From an uncultured Candidatus Saccharibacteria bacterium (lineage in GTDB: Bacteria; Patescibacteriota; Minisyncoccia; Phycocordibacterales; Zambryskibacteraceae): a DNA stretch of 54,954 bases. The position numbers and the translations under genes are program-made. Positions 18,881 to 25,536 of this stretch are shown piece by piece. Each line of letters begins with the position of its first letter. The first letter of the stretch is position 1. The stretch lies in NCBI GenBank assembly GCA_964450705.1, contig CAYVDB010000002.1, forward strand, positions 1 to 54,954, read 5' to 3'. The notes beneath the pieces were generated by a model, which worked only from the letters and a program-made list of their open reading frames with translations, made no database searches and was not told the DNA's origin.

Positions 18881-18884
18881 TAAC

Positions 18885-19355
18885 CTATCCTTCTCTTTGA
18901 GATTCTTCAGCTTCTGCTATTTCTTTTTTCTTTTGCCTAACAAATTCGTCCAAATCTTTATTTGGTAAAGACCAATTAATCTTTAAAAAATCAAGCACGT
19001 ATGGCAAAACTCTGTTTCCTTGGAGAAATTCTCCTGTAGTTTCTGTTACAACCTTTTTAATACGATCCCCAATATTTTGGAGGGTAAATTCCTCTATATC
19101 GCCAAACTGTCTCTGCCCACGCATAGCTGTTTCAATTGCAGTCTGAGACATTATTTGCAACTCCTTGATTTCATCTTTGGTTAAATCCCTTCGATCTTTC
19201 CCAATTTTTATTTCCATTTCAAGAACAGCCCCAGAGAGAGCTTCTATAACTGAGTCCACCTGCCCTAGAGATTCAGCAAAACTGGAGCTCACTTCTATCT
19301 CACCACTATCAGCCCTTACCCCTGCCCTCTCATATTTATCCTCGTATGATTCCAT
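18885..19355 (-). CDS. hypothetical protein (156 aa)
   Basis: ORF 18885..19397 trimmed to ATG 19353-19355 (MESYEDKYERAG...). The longer ORF starts at a TTG inside the tRNA-3'-end repeat. No recognisable family. Confidence 0.5.
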   Translation of the reverse strand: MESYEDKYERAGVRADSGEIEVSSSFAESLGQVDSVIEALSGAVLEMEIKIGKDRRDLTKDEIKELQIMSQTAIETAMRGQRQFGDIEEFTLQNIGDRIKKVVTETTGEFLQGNRVLPYVLDFLKINWSLPNKDLDEFVRQKKKEIAEAEESQREG

Positions 19356-19363
19356 GCTTTTTA

Positions 19364-19385
19364 ATTGTGCGGCTAGGGAGAATCG
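19364..19385 (-). repeat. 22-bp direct repeat of the tRNA-Gly(GCC) 3' end (T-loop to discriminator plus 4 nt)
   Basis: attgtgcggctagggagaatcg at 19364-19385 is identical to 19488-19509, which lies inside and just after the intact tRNA. Confidence 0.9.
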
Positions 19386-19470
19386 GTCACAACTCAAGCA
19401 GAGCTTGGTCGCGACCCCGCCTCATATCGCTCTACGAGCAATATATTCCGGCCTTCGATTCTCTCCAGCT
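19372..19470 (-). ncRNA. conserved ~100-nt element downstream of tRNA-Gly, copy 1 (candidate structured RNA or integration-site remnant)
   Basis: Plus-strand blocks agcttggtcgc/cccgcctcata (19402-19426) and tattccggccttcgattctctcc are shared with 21290-21351. A 13-bp closing helix is possible between 19458-19470 and 19372-19384, plus a 10-bp hairpin at 19427-19449. Confidence 0.3.
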
Positions 19471-19491
19471 CACAATAACACACTGTTATTG

Positions 19492-19562
19492 TGCGGCTAG
19501 GGAGAATCGAACTCCCGTCTCGTCCTTGGCAAGGACGCATTCTACCACTAAACCATAGCCGC
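19492..19562 (-). tRNA. tRNA-Gly(GCC)
   Basis: Hand-folded cloverleaf: GCGGCTA/TAGCCGC acceptor, anticodon arm CGTCC-TTGCCAA-GGACG, T arm GGGAG-TTCGATT-CTCCC. 71 nt, CCA not encoded. Confidence 0.9.
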
Positions 19563-19592
19563 AATACTCGCTATCCTAACAAAAGCACACCC

Positions 19593-19910
19593 CTATCGCA
19601 ATAAATCTTCCTTTCTCTTCGCGGCTTCGCGGAGAGTTTTTCCAAAAGCCTCGATATTATCTTCCATAAGAAAAGGGCTAGGCCTAGTAAAACCACACAC
19701 CACGCAACGATGGACAATACGAAAACCACCACTTTTTGACTCAATATCCCAAGGTTCCATCATCCCCTTACACGCCTCTTCCCTATCCCCAGGATCCTTG
19801 TCAACATGTTTACTCCAAAGACAGCGGGTACAGTGGTTTGTATACCCATCTCCAGTAACGTTTTGCCCACAATGCTCACAAGTGAAATTCTCTGTGGTTC
19901 TTTTAAACAT
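19593..19910 (-). CDS. RNHCP-domain-like zinc-ribbon protein
   Basis: FTCEHCGQNV...GYTNHCTRCLWSKHVDKDPGDR...CKGMMEP...HRCVVCG matches the remembered RNHCP domain pattern (CxxC...NHC.xCL.S.HvD..pGDR). Confidence 0.7.
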   Translation of the reverse strand: MFKRTTENFTCEHCGQNVTGDGYTNHCTRCLWSKHVDKDPGDREEACKGMMEPWDIESKSGGFRIVHRCVVCGFTRPSPFLMEDNIEAFGKTLREAAKRKEDLLR

Positions 19911-19984
19911 TAAAGCAATTCTACCTTACCTATATACCAATTAATAAACCCTTCCTTTATTTTTTAGTTAAATAATTAAAGTTG

Positions 19985-20055
19985 TCGGGCTGCCGGAAAT
20001 CGAATCCGGGCCTTACCCACCCCATGGGTAAATACTGCCACTATACTACAGCCCG
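19985..20055 (-). tRNA. tRNA-Pro(GGG)
   Basis: C1-G72 acceptor CGGGCTG/CAGCCCG (typical of bacterial tRNA-Pro), anticodon arm TACCC-ATGGGGT-GGGTA, T arm CCGGA-TTCGATT-TCCGG. No CCA. Confidence 0.85.
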
Positions 20056-20062
20056 TTTTTGT

Positions 20063-20473
20063 TTATTTTAAATCAAAATTCTTAGTTTTCTCTATCAAAT
20101 CTTCAACCGTACTCCAAGTAAACATTTTCGTAGCCATACCAGGTAAATAGGTATTTTTTACTTCATCTTGAACAGCCACTACAACCGAAATACCTTTTGC
20201 AATTGCATAACCAACTTCAAGTATCATGCCCTCACTTTTTTCAGAGGATTTCAATACCACAAAAACTACATCAGCATTAGAGAGAGTTTTAAATGCATCA
20301 AAAACATAATCCTGAGGCTTAAAATCCTTGGAACGATTTGGTAAGTCCGCATCAAACATATTACAGTAAGCCTCAAACCCTCTTTTCTGAAAGACATCCA
20401 TAAGCGGACCTAGGAAAGCAAGCAGGTTATCTTTGGTTTCTCCAGTAAACCTATAGGAAATAAAGATTTTCAT
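20063..20473 (-). CDS. nucleoside 2-deoxyribosyltransferase-like / TIR-like Rossmannoid protein (136 aa)
   Basis: ORF trimmed to ATG 20471-20473 because the longer ORF runs into the tRNA. MKIFISYRF start and SEGMILEVGYAIAKG, similar to the NDT-family GxxxExGyA motif. Confidence 0.55.
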   Translation of the reverse strand: MKIFISYRFTGETKDNLLAFLGPLMDVFQKRGFEAYCNMFDADLPNRSKDFKPQDYVFDAFKTLSNADVVFVVLKSSEKSEGMILEVGYAIAKGISVVVAVQDEVKNTYLPGMATKMFTWSTVEDLIEKTKNFDLK

Positions 20474-20477
20474 TCGA

Positions 20478-20550
20478 TCGGGGCGCCGGGATTCGAACCC
20501 GGAGTCACCTGTTCCCAAAACAGGCATGTTAGCCGTTACACCACGCCCCG
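20478..20550 (-). tRNA. tRNA-Pro(TGG)
   Basis: CGGGGCG/CGCCCCG acceptor, anticodon arm CCTGT-TTTGGGA-ACAGG, T arm CCGGG-TTCGAAT-CCCGG. 73 nt, no CCA. Confidence 0.9.
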
Positions 20551-20606
20551 TTCTCTCTAAAACGCGCTTTATACTATCACAGGAACGTTCGATAGACTAC
20601 ACATAT

Positions 20607-20987
20607 TTAAAGGACAATATTTTCTAAAAAACCAACCTTGATTCTTTTATGGGCCGAATCGAGACAAATAGTTATAAGATCGCACTGCCATTCCTTGTAT
20701 GCTTTTTGTTCAGAAAGATACCCCATAATTGTACTACCGAGACTTTTTCTTTTTTTCTCATGCATATTATCTTCCGGACGATAATGGTTTGTTTCATGAA
20801 TAACATCTACGACCTGAATAGTCTTAACTTCAATAAAATGAAGAATGTTCCCTTTTTGAGCAATAATATCAATTTCTCCCCAAGGTTTTTGGTAGTTTCT
20901 TTCAATGATAGTAAATCCTCTCTTTTCAATAAATTTGGCGGCAATATTCTCGCCCAAATCGCCAATTTTTCTTTTTTTTGTTTTCAC
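20607..20987 (-). CDS. yraN: YraN-family (UPF0102) predicted endonuclease
   Basis: GDLGENIAAKFIEKRGFTIIERNYQKPWGEIDIIAQKGNILHFIEVKT. GTG start. Confidence 0.8.
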   Translation of the reverse strand: MKTKKRKIGDLGENIAAKFIEKRGFTIIERNYQKPWGEIDIIAQKGNILHFIEVKTIQVVDVIHETNHYRPEDNMHEKKRKSLGSTIMGYLSEQKAYKEWQCDLITICLDSAHKRIKVGFLENIVL

Positions 20988-21022
20988 TAGCTTTATTCTA
21001 GAGCATGTTTCATAAATAACAT

Positions 21023-21038
21023 TGTTTCACGTGAAACA
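21023..21038. promoter_or_regulatory. 16-bp perfect palindrome TGTTTCACGTGAAACA (candidate operator)
   Basis: Read directly from the sequence. A third TGTTTCA half-site lies at 21006-21012. Positioned 36-51 nt upstream of the yraN start. Confidence 0.4.
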
Positions 21039-21076
21039 TATAGGATTATTCTTTAGCTTTTAAGCCATTTTTTGCC

Positions 21077-21105
21077 AAAAAATACATAAAAGACTGTCTT
21101 TTATG
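21077..21105 (-). terminator. intrinsic terminator
   Basis: CATAAAAGAC (21085-21094) / GTCTTTTATG (21096-21105). On the minus strand it is followed by TATTTTTT. Confidence 0.6.
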
Positions 21106-21245
21106 CACATTTTCCCCAAAGTTATCCCCAATTCCTTAACTTTTATAGTTTTTGTGGTGAAATTATAGCTAAAAACAAGGGTTTATTAATTAGGGCAATG
21201 TATAGGACTTAATAAAGTTAAGGACACTCAATTTACTCAGAGAAA

Positions 21246-21352
21246 CGGAGCTTTATGCAATCAAAAAGAACCAGCCCCAACCCGAACAAAGCTTGGTCGC
21301 AATCCCGCCTCATACCTATAGAGAGTGATGTATTCTGGCTTTCGCTTCTCCG
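21246..21352 (-). ncRNA. conserved ~100-nt element downstream of tRNA-Gly, copy 2
   Basis: Shares the core blocks with 19372-19470 at the same ~24-nt distance from the tRNA 3' end. A CGGAG/CTCCG closing pair is possible (21246-21250 with 21348-21352). Confidence 0.3.
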
Positions 21353-21374
21353 CAAAAAATAAGCAGTTATTTTG

Positions 21375-21445
21375 TGCGGGTAGGGAGAATCGAACTCCCG
21401 TCTACTGCTTGGAAGGCAGTCATTCTACCACTAAACCATACCCGC
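21375..21445 (-). tRNA. tRNA-Gly(TCC)
   Basis: GCGGGTA/TACCCGC acceptor, anticodon arm ACTGC-CTTCCAA-GCAGT. D and T arms are identical to those of tRNA-Gly(GCC). No CCA. Confidence 0.9.
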
Positions 21446-21487
21446 AATAATCGACATTATACAAGACAACCACGCGAACGCTACCTG

Positions 21488-21559
21488 TGCACCCGGCAGG
21501 ATTCGAACCCACAACGACTGTTCCGAAGACAGTAATGATATCCATTTCACCACGGGTGC
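21488..21559 (-). tRNA. tRNA-Arg(TCG)
   Basis: GCACCCG/CGGGTGC acceptor, anticodon arm ACTGT-CTTCGGA-ACAGT, T loop TTCGAAT. 72 nt, no CCA. Confidence 0.85.
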
Positions 21560-21569
21560 GGTGCACCCC

Positions 21570-21597
21570 ATAATACCGTTTCTCAGGATTTATTCAA
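21570..21597 (-). promoter_or_regulatory. promoter of the tRNA array
   Basis: Minus strand: TTGAAT (21592-21597), 16-nt spacer, TATTAT (21570-21575). The tRNA-Arg 5' end lies 11 nt downstream. Confidence 0.5.
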
Positions 21598-21635
21598 ATA
21601 ATTAGCCTTATTTACTGTAAAATCAATCTATTCGA

Positions 21636-21644
21636 TGCTAATAT
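21636..21644 (+). promoter_or_regulatory. extended -10 promoter, leaderless cca
   Basis: TGC TAATAT, then 7 nt to the ATG at 21652. Confidence 0.45.
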
Positions 21645-21651
21645 AGTCAAA

Positions 21652-23124
21652 ATGTCTGAAACTTTTCTTATTCCCGAAGAGGTTTCACGAATAACAAAAA
21701 GACTCAAAGAGTCTTCTTTCGAAGCATATTTAGTCGGTGGATGTGTCCGAGACCTTTTTCTAGGGAGAGAGCCGAAGGATTGGGATGTGACCACGAATGC
21801 AAAACCAGAAGATATTGTAAGAATCTTTGAGAAAACTTTCTATGAAAACGAATACGGGACTGTCGGCGTGGTTGATGAGACCGTCTCTGATAAGACTTTA
21901 CAGATTATCGAGGTAACGCCTTACAGAAAAGAGGGGCAGTATACAGACAAAAGAAGGCCTGACTTTGTTTCATTTGAAGCAACTCTCGAGGATGACCTGG
22001 CTCGTAGAGATTTTACGATAAATGCTGTGGCCTTAGATTGTGAAAAAAACGTTGTCGTTGACCCATTTTCTGGCCGTACAGACATGCAAAAAGGCATAAT
22101 ACGTACAGTAGGGGAAGCCGAGGATCGTTTTGAGGAAGACGGGCTTAGAATCATGAGAGCGGTAAGAATATATTCAGAGCTTGGTTTTAAGATAGACCCT
22201 CAGACAAAAGAGGCCCTCATAAAAAAAGCCCCCTTACTTGAGCACATAGCCAAAGAACGTATTCGGGATGAGTTCTCTAGAATAATCATGTCCCAAGACC
22301 CACTAAAAGGACTCGAGATGTGCAGAGAATTAGGAATTTTGTCCTTTATAGCGCCAGAACTTACTTCTACTATTGGAGTCGAGCAGAATCAAGCCCATGC
22401 TTTTGACGTATGGACACACCTACTTAAGTCATTACAGCATGCGGCGTCTAAAAATATGCCTTTACATATAAGATTAACCGCTCTATTTCACGACATATCA
22501 AAGCCCCAAACTAGACGGTGGTCAAAAGAAAAGAAAGAGTGGACTTTTTTTGGACATGAAGTAGTAGGGGAAAAAGTTGTCAAAAAAATCCTTAAAGATC
22601 TACGCTATCCGAGGGAAACAATCGACATAGTCGGGAAACTAGTAAGATGGCACATGTTTTTCTCGGATACAGAGCAAATTACGCACTCTGCAGTACGAAG
22701 ACTTATTTCAAACGTTGGTAAAGAGCTCGTTTGGGACTTAATGGACGTAAGAGTCTGCGACCGTATTGGAACTGGCCGACCAAAGGAAAATCCTTACCGA
22801 CTTAGAAAGTATAAAGCTATGGTCGAAGAGGTCCTTGAAGACCCAGTATCAGTGGGAATGCTCAAGATAAACGGAACTGAGGTAGGGGCTATACTCGAAA
22901 TAAATCCAGGGCCGAAAGTTGGGCATATTCTGCACATTCTTCTTGAGGATGTCTTGGAAAACCCGGAACATAACTCAAAAGAGTATTTAGAAGAAAGGAC
23001 ACGAGCACTAGGGAAGCTCCCCGAAGATGAACTCCAAACATTGGGTCAAAAAAGCAAGAAAATAAAAGATGAGGAAGGGGAGCGGAGGGTTAGAAAAATT
23101 CGAAAAAAATATTGGGTTGAATAG
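21652..23124 (+). CDS. cca: CCA-adding tRNA nucleotidyltransferase with HD domain
   Basis: YLVGGCVRDLFLGREPKDWDVTT head domain, RDFTINA, and an HD region (LTALFHDISKP). Confidence 0.85.
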   Translation: MSETFLIPEEVSRITKRLKESSFEAYLVGGCVRDLFLGREPKDWDVTTNAKPEDIVRIFEKTFYENEYGTVGVVDETVSDKTLQIIEVTPYRKEGQYTDKRRPDFVSFEATLEDDLARRDFTINAVALDCEKNVVVDPFSGRTDMQKGIIRTVGEAEDRFEEDGLRIMRAVRIYSELGFKIDPQTKEALIKKAPLLEHIAKERIRDEFSRIIMSQDPLKGLEMCRELGILSFIAPELTSTIGVEQNQAHAFDVWTHLLKSLQHAASKNMPLHIRLTALFHDISKPQTRRWSKEKKEWTFFGHEVVGEKVVKKILKDLRYPRETIDIVGKLVRWHMFFSDTEQITHSAVRRLISNVGKELVWDLMDVRVCDRIGTGRPKENPYRLRKYKAMVEEVLEDPVSVGMLKINGTEVGAILEINPGPKVGHILHILLEDVLENPEHNSKEYLEERTRALGKLPEDELQTLGQKSKKIKDEEGERRVRKIRKKYWVE

Positions 23125-23125
23125 A

Positions 23126-23339
23126 AAAACCGCCACAGCGGTTGCGGCGCGGGCGGTTTGAGGAAAAGAAAGAGTTGCCCAGTAGGTAGCGCGGAAGGAG
23201 TTATATCTAATGCATAAAGGGTGGAGATATCCATAGCCCTTGGTCGCGCGTGTCTACCAGAGAACCTTTCGAGAAAGCTTTCTCCCGAAAGAACTATTGT
23301 TTCGAGCTTTTGTCCTTGAGACTTCCGCTGAAACGATCT
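23126..23339 (-). ncRNA. candidate ~210-nt structured ncRNA of unknown family
   Basis: Minus-strand extended -10 TGATATACT (23346-23354). GC-enriched interior with nested helices (GGTAG/CTACC, GCGC/GCGC, AAGG/CCTT, ATATCT/AGATAT between 23186 and 23259). Terminator CCGCC...GGCGG plus TTTTT at 23125-23159. No credible ORF. Confidence 0.3.
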
Positions 23340-23401
23340 GGAGAAAGTATATCACCAACATAAAAGACATTAATAATAATTCTGTGGATAACTAATGTCT
23401 T

Positions 23402-24163
23402 TTATAAAATATTTAATCCTATTGGACAGTGATCGGAGCCTTGCATTTCATTATAAATACAAGACCCTTCAACTTTATCGACAATGGTCTTATCAACAAA
23501 AAAATAATCTATACGCCACCCAACATTTCTTGTGCGAGCAAATGTCTTCATGTCCCAATAGGTATAAGCCTCTTTTACGTGGGGGTTCAAATATCTAAAA
23601 ATATCAACGTACCCCTTACTGATAACGCGGTCAATCCAAGCTCGTTCTTTAGGCAAAAAACCAGTATTTTTCTCATTTTCCTTAGGACGCGCAAGGTCTA
23701 TCTCTGTATGGGCAGTATTTATATCACCACAAAAAATAACTGGTTTTTTACTTCGTAAGCTTTCAATAAAATCTAGAAAATGATTGTAAAAAGTTAGTTT
23801 ATAAGCAAGTCTTTCAGGGCCTCCACCACCATTAGGGAAATATACATTCAATAGGAAGAAGTCTTTGTATTCTAGACCTACAATACGGCCTTCTGGATCG
23901 TCATTTTTATCAATTCCATAGAAAACATCCAGAGGTTTTTCTTTTGAATAAATGGCCGTCCCACTATATCCCTTACGAATTTTTGACGAGTTAAAAAAAG
24001 AATGGAAACCAATGAGAGACCGAAGCTCTTGAGGTAGTTGCTCTGGAGAAGACTTTGTTTCTTGAAGACAGATAATATCTGGCTCTAAATCCAAAATAGA
24101 GCCAAAAAGACCCTTCCTATGAAGAGCTCGGAGGCCATTTACATTCCAAGAAATAATATTCAT
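23402..24163 (-). CDS. xth: exodeoxyribonuclease III
   Basis: ORF trimmed to MNIISWNVNGLRA (ATG 24161-24163). Ends ...GSDHCPIGLNIL. Confidence 0.85.
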   Translation of the reverse strand: MNIISWNVNGLRALHRKGLFGSILDLEPDIICLQETKSSPEQLPQELRSLIGFHSFFNSSKIRKGYSGTAIYSKEKPLDVFYGIDKNDDPEGRIVGLEYKDFFLLNVYFPNGGGGPERLAYKLTFYNHFLDFIESLRSKKPVIFCGDINTAHTEIDLARPKENEKNTGFLPKERAWIDRVISKGYVDIFRYLNPHVKEAYTYWDMKTFARTRNVGWRIDYFFVDKTIVDKVEGSCIYNEMQGSDHCPIGLNIL

Positions 24164-24206
24164 AAGAGAAACAAAATCACATTTACGAGGATACCACACT
24201 CTTCTC

Positions 24207-25121
24207 CTAAGAGTCGTGGAACTTCTTATGGACGTCTCGCAAATGCTTATCAGTAATGTGGGTATAAATCTGAGTAGTCCCAATATTCGCATGCCCCAAA
24301 AGCATCTGTACAGAGCGTATATCTGCACCGTTCTGGAGTAAATCAGTCGCAAAGCTATGTCGAATGACGTGAGGAGTAACCTTTTTTGATATACCAGCTT
24401 CTATAGCATAACGCTTTACAATACGTTCTACTGAGCGAGAAGTTAATCGTTTCTCCTCAAGGGCATTTTTGTTTTTGCCAATATTTATAAAAAGAGCCTC
24501 TTCAAGATCCTTTCTCTCCTTTAAATAAACTTTGAGAGCGTCTTTTGCTTTACCGGAAAGGAACACTACTCGAACTTTTTCTCCTTTACCCCTTACAGAA
24601 AACTCGTCCCTTGATAAATCGAGATCTCGAGGAAGGGAACATAGCTCAGAAACACGCAAACCTGTAGAAAATAACAACTCTAGAATCGCTTTATCCCGGA
24701 GAGATTTTAAATCATTCCCCTTAGGGGCTTTTAGTATTCTACCGAGTTCATCTTTAGTAATAAGGTCAAGGGACCGTTCTGGAATTTTAGCCAACTCAAT
24801 TCGCTCAGGTTGCAAAGATGAAATTCCTCTCTTCATGAGGTATTTAAGAAAGGCTCTGAGTGCAATTAGATAGTAATTCTGAGTTTTTTTCTTAAGCGTA
24901 TCTTTAGACCCTAGCTTACCCTGAGAAAGAACCGGCTTTCGATTAAGCCATAATCTATACTCCCTCAGAAGTGAGTCTGTTATGTCTTTTGGAGACTTTA
25001 CTTTTGAATAAGAGGCGAAGGTATCGAGGTAATGGCTATAGTTTTCTATAGTCTTTTGGCTACGACCCCGCTCAATCTCCAAATGTTCAAGAAAATCTCG
25101 AATTAGTGCCTCAAGCGTCAT
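24207..25121 (-). CDS. tyrosine site-specific recombinase, XerC/XerD type
   Basis: N-terminal SAM-like domain and C-terminal HVIRHSFATDLLQNGADIRSVQMLLGHANIGTTQIYTH. Confidence 0.85.
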   Translation of the reverse strand: MTLEALIRDFLEHLEIERGRSQKTIENYSHYLDTFASYSKVKSPKDITDSLLREYRLWLNRKPVLSQGKLGSKDTLKKKTQNYYLIALRAFLKYLMKRGISSLQPERIELAKIPERSLDLITKDELGRILKAPKGNDLKSLRDKAILELLFSTGLRVSELCSLPRDLDLSRDEFSVRGKGEKVRVVFLSGKAKDALKVYLKERKDLEEALFINIGKNKNALEEKRLTSRSVERIVKRYAIEAGISKKVTPHVIRHSFATDLLQNGADIRSVQMLLGHANIGTTQIYTHITDKHLRDVHKKFHDS

Positions 25122-25215
25122 AGAGTGTCGGAAAATATTATAGCAAATAGAAGGTTAGGCCTCAGACTCCAAACCTCTTGCAAACACATACGTTTTGTGT
25201 TAGTCTTTTAATCTC

Positions 25216-25491
25216 ATGATTTCAAAAACAAAGAAGCAGAAAATCATCGGCGAAGTCGGAATCCACGCACAAGATACCGGCTCTCCGGAGGTGCAAATCT
25301 CTATTCTCACAAAAAGAATAGAAGAACTTGCAAAACATTTAAAGAAAAACTTAAAAGACAACCACTCCCGACGTGGGCTTTTGAGTATGGTGTCGCAAAG
25401 ACAATCACACATGAACTATCTTCAAAAAAAGAGCCCAAAACGATACAGCTCTCTAATGAAGAAGCTCAATTTAAAAAAGAAAAGTCAATAA
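25216..25491 (+). CDS. rpsO: 30S ribosomal protein S15
   Basis: GDTGSPEVQISILTKRIEELAKHLKKNLKDNHSRRGLLSMVSQR. Confidence 0.95.
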   Translation: MISKTKKQKIIGEVGIHAQDTGSPEVQISILTKRIEELAKHLKKNLKDNHSRRGLLSMVSQRQSHMNYLQKKSPKRYSSLMKKLNLKKKSQ

Positions 25492-25495
25492 AATG

Positions 25496-25525
25496 AACCC
25501 TCTAGTAGGGTTTGTTTTATTTTTT
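25496..25525 (+). terminator. intrinsic terminator after rpsO
   Basis: AACCCT (25496-25501) / AGGGTT (25507-25512), then TGTTTTATTTTTT. Confidence 0.65.
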
Positions 25526-25536
25526 ACATAAAAAAT

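Noticed and set aside
19372-19470. The conserved elements after the tRNA-Gly genes might be additional tRNAs, a tmRNA, SRP RNA, or a small ORF (MRRGRDQALLEL* versus MRRDCDQALFGLGLVLFDCIKLRFSE*).
   Set aside because: No cloverleaf can be drawn on either strand; there is no T arm or anticodon arm. No tmRNA-type ends and no SRP GGAA-tetraloop helix are present. The two putative peptides differ in length and their substitutions are not biased towards synonymous changes.
19593-20987. RNHCP-like, NDT/TIR-like and YraN genes might form a three-gene defence or conflict system.
   Set aside because: The genes are separated by tRNAs. YraN is a widespread housekeeping-type gene. No sensor or effector pairing logic can be supported from the sequence alone. 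Only the tRNA-junction observation was kept.
23126-23339. The cca-xth intergenic RNA candidate might be SRP RNA, because of CGGAAGGAG at 23195-23203.
   Set aside because: The GGAA is not closed by complementary bases into the conserved SRP helix-8 tetraloop, and the flanking AGCA/GGUC motifs are absent. I left it as an unknown family pending a covariance-model search.
24207-25121. The tyrosine recombinase might be the integrase of a mobile element near the tRNA array.
   Set aside because: It has a typical XerC/D-like architecture and lies 2.6 kb from the nearest tRNA, with cca, xth and rpsO around it. No flanking repeats or cargo genes are present.
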